From contig CBDFLE010000006.1 in the NCBI GenBank assembly GCA_965248925.1, forward strand, positions 3,552,001 through 3,616,000: a stretch of DNA of 64,000 nt. Reading direction: 5' to 3'. Under the pieces are notes generated by a model. That model was not told where the DNA came from and made no database searches. It worked only from the letters and a program-made list of their open reading frames with translations. Within the stretch, counting starts at the first letter, position 1. Each line of letters starts with the position of its first letter. The translations under genes were made by a program, and so were the position numbers. Shown in pieces: positions 9,201 through 15,484 of this stretch. Source of the stretch: Candidatus Multivoradales bacterium (GTDB lineage Bacteria; Acidobacteriota; Thermoanaerobaculia; Multivoradales; J023).

Positions 9201-11461
9201 GCCTGGTCGTAGTCGATCTCATTCAGCACCAGCCGTGGCGGCGCCGGGCAATCGGCGTTGTCAGAGGTGTTGGCCTCGCCCGGAGTGATGCAGCGGGGGT
9301 TGAGGTCGACGTTGTTCTGGTCGGTGTCGACGCCGTCGGGAAAGCGGGAGATGCCGGCAAAGTCGAGGCCGGAATTGTCCTCCAAACCGCTGCCTGAGCC
9401 CTCGACGAAGCCGGCCACGTCGCCCTCGTAGCTCACCGCGTCGATCAGGGTGGCACCCTCGAAAACGGCCACCGCGTCGGGAGCGCCGTTCTGGATCAGG
9501 TTGGTGTTCGGGCTGACGTCGAGATCGCAATTTGCCACCTCGGCTGAGCTGCCGCAGATGACGTAGTAGTCGCCAGCGGCGAGGCTGACTGCGGGCAGCA
9601 CGATGGTGTTGTAGGCGGCACCGCCGTTGCCATTGATCAGCCGCACCTCAAGGCTGTCGAGGTCGATCGGGGTGGCGCCGAAATTGAGCAGCTCGACGAA
9701 TTCCATGGCGTCGGTTCCGCTCTGGTCGTAGTCGATCTCGTTGATCACCAGCTCGGGCACCGGGCAGCCGTTGGTGACGCCCGGGGTGGGTGGCACCTGC
9801 AAGTAGGTGTCGGTGTTGAGCTGGCCACCGGCGCCGTTGGCGCAGCGCTGGTTGGAGTCGGTGGCCGAATCGGTGCCACCGTCTTCGTTGACCTGAGGCT
9901 GGCCGGCGTTGAGCAGCACCAGGAGTTCAGCATCGTCGCCCTCGTTGGTGTCGTAGACCAGGGCGTCGACCAGGTTGGTGGTGGTCACCGCGGTGCCGTT
10001 GGGGAAGTCGGCGGCGTCGCCGAGGTAGAGGGCAACCGCGTCGGCGCCGTTCTGGATCAGGTTGGTGTTTGGGCTGAGGTCGAGGTCGCAATTCGCCACG
10101 TTGGCGGCATTGCCGCAGAGCACGAAAAAGCCGTTGCCATCGGTAGTCTCACCATCGAGGTCAAAGGCGTTGTAGGACACGTCGCTGTTGCCGTTGAACA
10201 GCACCACCACCAGGCCCGAGAGGTCTGTGTTGCCGCTGCCGCCGTCGAACAGCTCGACGAACTCGGCGGCGTCGGTACTGGTCTGGTCGGCGTCCACTTC
10301 GTTGATCAACAAGTCACTCGGCGGCATCACGCCGCAGGCGTTGGCGGCGCCCGGTGTGGGCGTGGCTTGTAGATAGGTGTCGGTGTCGAGTTGTGTGCCG
10401 CCGTCGGGGCAGCGCTGGTTGGAGTCGGTGGTCGAATCAGTGCCACCGTCTTCGTTGACCTGCGGCTGGCCGGCATTGAGCAGCGCCAGCAAACCAGGGT
10501 CGTCGCCGTCGTTGGTGTCATAAACCAGGGCGTCGATGAGATCCGTGGCAGTCGCCGCGGTGCCGTTGGGGAAGTCGGCGGCGTCGCCGAGGTAGAGGGC
10601 AACCGCGTCGGCGCCGTTCTGGATCAGGTTGGTGTCCGGGCTGACGTCGAGGTCGCAATTCGCCACGTTGGCGGCGTTGCCGCAGAGCACGAAAAAGCCG
10701 TTGCCATCGGTAGTCTCACCATCGAGGTCAAAGGCGTTGTAGGACACGTCGCTGCTGCCGTTGAACAGCACCACCACCAGGCCCGAGAGGTCTGTGTTGC
10801 CGCTGCCGCCGTCGAACAGCTCGACGAACTCGGCGGCGTCGGTGCCGCTCTGGTCGGCGTCGACCTCGTTGATCAGCATATCGGTGGCCGGGCCACCGGC
10901 ACCGAAGGTCTGGCCGGCGTTGCAGGCGCCAGGACTGTCGGCAGACGGGCCACCCCAGACGAAGTCCTCGTAGCAGGTGCCGGTGCCGCCGAGCTGTAGC
11001 GAGTCACCGATCGCCGAGCCGATCTCAGCGACGCCGATATCGGTGGAGGTCATACCCATGGCCGGTCCGTTGCCGGCGGTCATAGTGCCTTCGTAGCTCA
11101 GAAACTGGATCACCGTTCCCAGGTCGTCGACCAGAGCCAGGCCATCGGGGGAGCCGTTCTGAATGCCGTTGGTCGGATAGCTCATCTGCAGGGTGCCGAA
11201 GCCGCCACACTGGTCTGGGAGGGTGCCGCTAAGCAGGTCGGTGTCGTAGGTCTGGTTGCCGTTGCCGTTGTATAGCACCAGGCTCCAGCCGGTCAAGTCG
11301 GTGCCCGCCGGGCCGGCGATCTCGATGAACTCGCCGACATCGGTACTTGAGTTATCGTAGTGAATCTCGTTGATGAACACCGTCGTGACCGCCATGGCGG
11401 CAGAGGCCCCAACAAGGATGGCGAGAGTGAAGAGGGCAGCGATCGTGGGTCGACGAGACAT
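6230..11461 (-). CDS. Large secreted nuclease-like protein: 5 lamin-tail domains, OB-fold, EEP (ExeM/NucH-like) domain, thrombospondin type-3 repeats, IPTL-CTERM anchor
   Basis: Signal peptide; five INE(I/V)-type ...EF(I/V)E LTD units; IYEIQG..SPF OB start; EEP motifs GVQEVE, GDLN, VLDH, SDHD; DxDGVGDVCDNCP repeats; ends EIPTLGNTGLALIALLLALAGVSWLRRRG. Confidence 0.85.
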   Translation of the reverse strand: MSRRPTIAALFTLAILVGASAAMAVTTVFINEIHYDNSSTDVGEFIEIAGPAGTDLTGWSLVLYNGNGNQTYDTDLLSGTLPDQCGGFGTLQMSYPTNGIQNGSPDGLALVDDLGTVIQFLSYEGTMTAGNGPAMGMTSTDIGVAEIGSAIGDSLQLGGTGTCYEDFVWGGPSADSPGACNAGQTFGAGGPATDMLINEVDADQSGTDAAEFVELFDGGSGNTDLSGLVVVLFNGSSDVSYNAFDLDGETTDGNGFFVLCGNAANVANCDLDVSPDTNLIQNGADAVALYLGDAADFPNGTAATATDLIDALVYDTNDGDDPGLLALLNAGQPQVNEDGGTDSTTDSNQRCPDGGTQLDTDTYLQATPTPGAANACGVMPPSDLLINEVDADQTSTDAAEFVELFDGGSGNTDLSGLVVVLFNGNSDVSYNAFDLDGETTDGNGFFVLCGNAANVANCDLDLSPNTNLIQNGADAVALYLGDAADFPNGTAVTTTNLVDALVYDTNEGDDAELLVLLNAGQPQVNEDGGTDSATDSNQRCANGAGGQLNTDTYLQVPPTPGVTNGCPVPELVINEIDYDQSGTDAMEFVELLNFGATPIDLDSLEVRLINGNGGAAYNTIVLPAVSLAAGDYYVICGSSAEVANCDLDVSPNTNLIQNGAPDAVAVFEGATLIDAVSYEGDVAGFVEGSGSGLEDNSGLDFAGISRFPDGVDTDQNNVDLNPRCITPGEANTSDNADCPAPPRLVLNEIDYDQAGTDAAEFIEIYNAGEADVDLDLYSVDLINGSGAAVYQSFDLPPVLLPPGDFFVLCANPATVLNCDLDVTPDTNLIQNGAPDAVALMLSGAAVDVVSYEGDVAGFVEGSGAGLLDDSALTGIGISRIPNGADTQQNNVDWSPRCITPGWPNSVAVGNCDVTREIYEIQGAGAASPFADQVVTTLDNIVTAVGPNGFFLQTPDARDDADPETSNGIYVFTGGAPGVAEGDQVDVTGPVVEFFGFTEYSNGPIVTVDSNANPLPAATLFDATVPSPDPTAPDCAAGGLECFEGMLITVDAGQVCSGNQGFGVDPIAEVFVTSGPTRCFREPGIEFPGMVGLPVWDGNPELFELDPDKLGLANDPINGGSMFFATGGLGFEFGGYELWPSSLTVIQAPLPMAVRARVAGEITVGTLNMFRLFDDVDDPADGGRDDVVIPTVEYQARLDKFCLYIDQVLDSPEILGVQEVESLTVLQALADRLANDATCGALVPYTPFLIEGNDIGTIDVGFLVRDTVTVDAITQLGAAELLTFDGSLLNDRPALLLEGRYTGNGADFPVAVMVNHTRSLSGIDGGSGPRVRQKRLEQAQSIAQKAQDFQTANPTVPLIIIGDLNAFQFSDSFVDVVGQMSGDFVAADNLLSGPDLVDPNLTKQVLNLAASEQYSFNFRGNSQVLDHALTTQAADIFVRDFEFGRGNSDAAEVFFDDPLTAEASSDHDGAALFLMTDFDGDGVPDDVDNCPMTANAGQMASDGDSLGDACDNCPMTTNEDQADGDTDGVGDVCDNCSINANADQADGDTDGVGDVCDNCPTNANSGQADGDLDGVGDVCDNCPANANSDQADLDMDEVGDLCDNCPAIPNADQADLDMDNIGDLCEVTNLLLNQLIEGEDFASGIGQAINGVASLDLLVRANISLQTAGTVGDMEWTWIATLDDPSLAGTATLVLTDLNGLSTMLEVELGPVEVLEIPTLGNTGLALIALLLALAGVSWLRRRG
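6590..7040 (-). repeat. Thrombospondin type-3-like Ca-binding repeats, 69-bp (23-aa) period, about 6-7 copies
   Basis: GCAGTTGTC recurs every 69 nt; peptide unit roughly DGDxDGVGDxCDNCPxxANxxQA. Confidence 0.8.
9771..10880 (-). repeat. Near-identical intragenic duplication of a lamin-tail domain (offset 567 bp)
   Basis: GCACCACCACCAGGCCCGAGAGGTCTGTGTTGCCGCTGCCGCCGTCGAACAGC occurs at both 10201 and 10768, with long flanking identity including third codon positions. Confidence 0.9.
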
Positions 11462-11537
11462 GCGGGTGCTCCTGGTTCCGAGAAAAGCTAGGCTCTGTAG
11501 GATCAGTAGGTCGCTAATCTACCCCAAAGACGCCGCC

Positions 11538-12419
11538 ATGGCAGCTCACTTTCCGCCAGCAAAGCTCATCATCACCGAAAGCGAGATCGGCAACGTGCTG
11601 ACCCGTACCCGTGGTTACCTGGCGACGGTGACCTCGCACTCGCTACAGCCCTACCGCGGCTGTCCGTTGGGCCGTTCGCTCTGTGGCGTGGGTTGTTACG
11701 TGCGCCACAATCCCTGGGTCACCGCGGGTCGCGGCTGGGGTACCTTTCTCGAGGTGCGGCGCAACGCGGCCCGGTCCTATCTCGCCCACGTCGGCCGCGA
11801 GCGCCGCTGGGGGCGGCGGATGGCGGGGCGGTTCGGCATCTTCTTGTCGAGCTCTACCGAGCCCTTTCCGCCTCAAGAACGGCGTTTTGGCGTAACTCGG
11901 ATGGTCTTGCGAGCGATGCTCGCCGAGCCCCCCGACCTACTGGTGGTGCAGAGTCATAGCCACAGGCTGGTCGAGGTCGCCGAGCTGCTGGCGGAACTCG
12001 GCCATCGCTGTGAGCTTCGGGCGCATCTCTCGATCGAGACCGATCGCCAGCGGTTGGCCGGCCTGCCGCCCCACGGCAGCTCGGTGGAGCGCCGATTCGA
12101 GGCTGCTCGACAGCTCCGGGACGCTGGTATTCGCACCGTCGTCACGGTTTCGCCGCTGCTGCCAATCGCCGACCCGGAGGCTTTCTTCGCCCGCATTGCC
12201 AGGGTCGCGGACGCGGTGGTGATCGACCATTGGATCGGCGGCGACGGGTCGCCAGACGGTCGTCGCACGGCTCGTACCGAACTTCCCGCGGCGATCGCCA
12301 AAATCGACCCAGCGGCGGTGCGGCTGGATTATCGCGATCACATGGTGGAGATTGCGCGGCGTCACCTGCCGGGAGCGGTGGGAGTGTCGATCGACGGTTT
12401 CGCCGGGCGCTTTGACTGA
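11538..12419 (+). CDS. Radical SAM protein, spore-photoproduct-lyase-like family
   Basis: SLQPYRGC...C...CYV, SSSTEPFPPQE, HLSIET, VTVSPLLP resemble SplB-like proteins; cysteine spacing is Cx6Cx3C. Confidence 0.7.
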   Translation: MAAHFPPAKLIITESEIGNVLTRTRGYLATVTSHSLQPYRGCPLGRSLCGVGCYVRHNPWVTAGRGWGTFLEVRRNAARSYLAHVGRERRWGRRMAGRFGIFLSSSTEPFPPQERRFGVTRMVLRAMLAEPPDLLVVQSHSHRLVEVAELLAELGHRCELRAHLSIETDRQRLAGLPPHGSSVERRFEAARQLRDAGIRTVVTVSPLLPIADPEAFFARIARVADAVVIDHWIGGDGSPDGRRTARTELPAAIAKIDPAAVRLDYRDHMVEIARRHLPGAVGVSIDGFAGRFD

Positions 12420-12440
12420 GATGACCGGCAACAGATGCCC

Positions 12441-12482
12441 CCGGTCGTCGCTCGGGGGGGGAGCGAGTCTAGCGACGACCGG
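12441..12482. terminator. GC-rich inverted repeat between convergent genes
   Basis: CCGGTCGTCGCT(12441-12452)...AGCGACGACCGG(12471-12482) is a perfect 12-bp stem; no U-tract, so terminator function is tentative. Confidence 0.45.
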
Positions 12483-12763
12483 AGGATAGAGACGGGTGAG
12501 CGGTCAATTCGCAGACCACCGCGCCATCCGACGAGCGTTTGCTTCTTGGGGGACCTCACGCCGGCCTCGGAGAAACGCCGAGAGCGCAATACAACAACCA
12601 GGTTGCTGCAACTAACGTGAACCTGTCGACAAACACTTCGTCCCACGGAGCATACGGTAAAGCGAGGGACGCGGGCAAGATTAATGGCATAATTTCTGTG
12701 AGATTGCGCAAGACCTCCGGCAGGAGCAAAATTCAGTCCCGGCAACGGCTCTTTCTTGGCTTT

Positions 12764-14392
12764 TCAGGGACTATGGGTGGCTTCGCCGCGTAGTTTCGGC
12801 AGTGCTGCCACAACTTCCTCGCGACTCATCCCGAGCAGCCGGTGGCGATCAACCAACAAGTCGAGGTTGGCGGGATAGAGGTGATGGCGGTCTGGATCGG
12901 CCAAACCTGCGATGTTGCGTGGGGCGATGGTCTGGCGCACCCACTCCTTGAAGTCTTGGCGTGCCCGTTGGTGGCGTGGTGGGTCACTGCCGAGGACCCG
13001 GCGGAGTCGTCGCGGAGCGTGTTCGAAGGCGGCTGCAAGGAGCGGGTCATCGCAGCCCAAGAACCCTTGCCAGGCGGTTCCTCGATCACCGTGCTGGTCA
13101 CCGTGCTGGTCACCATGCTGGACACCGTGCAAGCGTTGACCGACCTCGGTGTAGCTGGCGGCGGCGAAGTAAAGGTAGGTTACCGAGGTGAAGAGTTCGA
13201 AGTCGTAGAGCGCCAAGTAGGCGGCGCAGCTCAAGCGTTCCAAGTGGTCGGCCTCGCGGCTCATCAGTTCGGCATAGGCATGACCGTCGGCGCGCGCCGG
13301 TAGCAGCTCGGCGAGCCGCTCTACCGCTAACAGGCTCCAGGCCATGCCGGTCGAGAACAGAGGGTCATAGAAAGCATAGGTGTGCGGCATCAAGAACCAA
13401 CCTGGCCCCGCCGAGCGACTCAGGCGATGCTGCACTCTGGGCAGCAAGCGTGGTGGTACCACCGCTCTGGCGTCGGCCAGTTGGGCGGCCAAAGTCGGGT
13501 ACGAAGCGACCAGGTGCCGCCAGCCGGCTGACGGGTCCGAGACCATCAGTCTTGCGAGTTGCGGATCGAGGCCGCCACCCGCCGGGTGCAGCAAGACCCC
13601 ACAGCTGGTGACCCCGTGGTCGAAGGGCAGCATGTACATCCAACCCTCGTGCAGCAAGTGGTGCACCGCCGCTCTCTCGTCCGGGTAGGGGCCGGCCGGC
13701 AATAGGTTGCTGCCGGCTACTTGATCGAGGGGGCGCAGACCTTCGAAGTGGCCATAGAGCAGGGCGGTCTCCAGGCACACCGGCCGTCGTTCCAGACGGG
13801 CTGGCAGGCAGCGCGCCATCAGTGCGGTGGAACCGGAGGCGTCGACCACCTGTTCGGCGCGAATTTCGATCTCTTGTTTGCCTCGGTGGCCGCGCAAGTA
13901 GGTGCCGTTGGCCAGCAGGTTGAGGTGTTGGATATTGGTCTGGTCGAAGTAGTGCACGCCGGCGGCGACCGCTTCCTCAGCCAGGTGCTGGTCGACATCG
14001 GAGCGCAGCCAGTGGGTGTCCGCCAAATGGTTGTCAGGGCTCGCCGCGACCAATAAACGGGCTTCGTTGGCCGAGGAGTTGCGGTAGGCCCTGCCGCGCT
14101 GATGCTGATAGAAGCTGAATCCACGCTTGAGGCCGCAGCGCAGGTGGGGCAGGTGCGTCTGCCAGCGGCCGTAAGTGGAGAGGTGGTGCAGGTCTTCCAA
14201 ACCGTAGCGTTGGGCCAGGCGCTCGAGGGCGAAGCCGGCCAAAGGGGTCGACGATTCGCCGAGATTGAAGCGGGGATGGCGGCCGCGCTCGACCAGCACC
14301 ACGTCGAGTCCCTGAACGGCCAAAATGCGCGCCAGGATCGAGCCGGAGAAGCCAGCGCCGAGTACCGCCACGTCACAGCGCACGGTGCTCAC
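12764..14392 (-). CDS. Flavin-dependent halogenase-like FAD oxidoreductase (tryptophan halogenase superfamily)
   Basis: DVAVLGAGFSG, PRFNLGESSTP, LKRGF (candidate catalytic Lys), VVDASG, GWMYMLP (WxWxIP variant), FYDPLFSTG. GTG start at 14392 chosen just downstream of the radical SAM stop. Confidence 0.75.
   Translation of the reverse strand: MSTVRCDVAVLGAGFSGSILARILAVQGLDVVLVERGRHPRFNLGESSTPLAGFALERLAQRYGLEDLHHLSTYGRWQTHLPHLRCGLKRGFSFYQHQRGRAYRNSSANEARLLVAASPDNHLADTHWLRSDVDQHLAEEAVAAGVHYFDQTNIQHLNLLANGTYLRGHRGKQEIEIRAEQVVDASGSTALMARCLPARLERRPVCLETALLYGHFEGLRPLDQVAGSNLLPAGPYPDERAAVHHLLHEGWMYMLPFDHGVTSCGVLLHPAGGGLDPQLARLMVSDPSAGWRHLVASYPTLAAQLADARAVVPPRLLPRVQHRLSRSAGPGWFLMPHTYAFYDPLFSTGMAWSLLAVERLAELLPARADGHAYAELMSREADHLERLSCAAYLALYDFELFTSVTYLYFAAASYTEVGQRLHGVQHGDQHGDQHGDRGTAWQGFLGCDDPLLAAAFEHAPRRLRRVLGSDPPRHQRARQDFKEWVRQTIAPRNIAGLADPDRHHLYPANLDLLVDRHRLLGMSREEVVAALPKLRGEATHSP
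13086..13130 (-). repeat. 12-bp tandem repeat encoding HGVQ-HGDQ-HGDQ-HGD
   Basis: TCACCGTGCTGG x2, TCACCATGCTGG, ACACCGTGC. Confidence 0.85.
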
Positions 14393-14408
14393 CGTGAGGT
14401 CTTTCCGC

Positions 14409-15437
14409 TCACGGCAACTCTTCCCCACAGTCCGTGCAGGTGGGTAGCGCGGTCCAGGAGGTGGTGGCATTGGCCTGTTGCAGCCGCCGCTGCCGTTGCT
14501 CGAAGCAGCTCGGGCAGTCTGCCAGCAGCCGCAGATCCCACAGGTCGGCGGTCACGGCTGTTCGCTCGGGGGCCAGCTGAAAACTCCCTGCCAGGGCTTG
14601 CTCGAGTTGGCTTAGCCGGGGTGGGTGGAAGTCACCCCGCCGCGCCAGGCGATCGAGCTCTCCATTGCCGGCACGGACCGGGATCAAGGTGACGTGCTCG
14701 ACGCCGCGCTGGCAGGCGAATGCCACCGATCGCACTGCCCAATGCACGGTTTCGGCGGCGGCGATGAAGGGGGCGCCGACCAGGACGAAGGCGCGCACAC
14801 CAAGACCTCGCTCGTCCAGCGCCCGCGCCGCGGCGGCGAAGTCCTCTGGGGTCGATCGCTTGCCGAGCCTGGAGCTGGCTTGGGGATGCACAGTCTCCAG
14901 CCCCATGGCCACTTGTAGCCGGCCCTCGAGGTGCTCGGCAAAGGCAAAACAGCTGTCGCCGACCCACCGGGGATGGCATTCGACGACCAGCCGGGCGAAG
15001 GGGCGCGACAGCTCGGCGAGTGCGGCCAGATCTGCCTTGGGCACGGCACGGGGATCGAAGAAGTTGCTGGCGTTGTAGAGCTTCAGCCAGGCGTCGCCGT
15101 AGTGCCCGGCGGGGAGTTCGGCGGCGCTTGATGCCAACGCCATCCGTAGCTGCCGGGGTAGGGCCCCAACGGGCGTTGCGGTATCTAGAGTGTGGCGCCA
15201 CAGATCACAGAAGACACAGGTGAAGGGGCATTCCGCGCCCGCCAAGAAGACGGTCAGATTCGGTACCGAGCGGCCGTTGCTCAGCCGTTCCCGCTCCACC
15301 ATGGAGGCGATCGGCCGCCAAGGGTCGACGGCGGCCTTGGCCGACCGCAGCGCGCGAATGCGGCGGTCCTCGGCGGCCCTCGGGGGTGGAGCGGCTCGGG
15401 GCGTGGATCTCGACAGGGCGTTCATGCTCACCGCCAT
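14409..15437 (-). CDS. Radical SAM enzyme, RaSEA (archaeosine biosynthesis, TIGR01210)-like family
   Basis: CPFTCVFC motif, plus KLYNASNFFDPRAVP, VVECHPRWV, VAMGLET and VRAFVLVGAPF, which line up by eye with RaSEA-family KIFTSGSFLD / VESRPE / VAIGLET / KAYLLLKPPF. Start 15437 or 15425. Confidence 0.75.
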   Translation of the reverse strand: MAVSMNALSRSTPRAAPPPRAAEDRRIRALRSAKAAVDPWRPIASMVERERLSNGRSVPNLTVFLAGAECPFTCVFCDLWRHTLDTATPVGALPRQLRMALASSAAELPAGHYGDAWLKLYNASNFFDPRAVPKADLAALAELSRPFARLVVECHPRWVGDSCFAFAEHLEGRLQVAMGLETVHPQASSRLGKRSTPEDFAAAARALDERGLGVRAFVLVGAPFIAAAETVHWAVRSVAFACQRGVEHVTLIPVRAGNGELDRLARRGDFHPPRLSQLEQALAGSFQLAPERTAVTADLWDLRLLADCPSCFEQRQRRLQQANATTSWTALPTCTDCGEELP

Positions 15438-15484
15438 CGTAGGCTGCTGGGAGATATTGTCAAGATCGTCTGCGGCTCTGGTCT

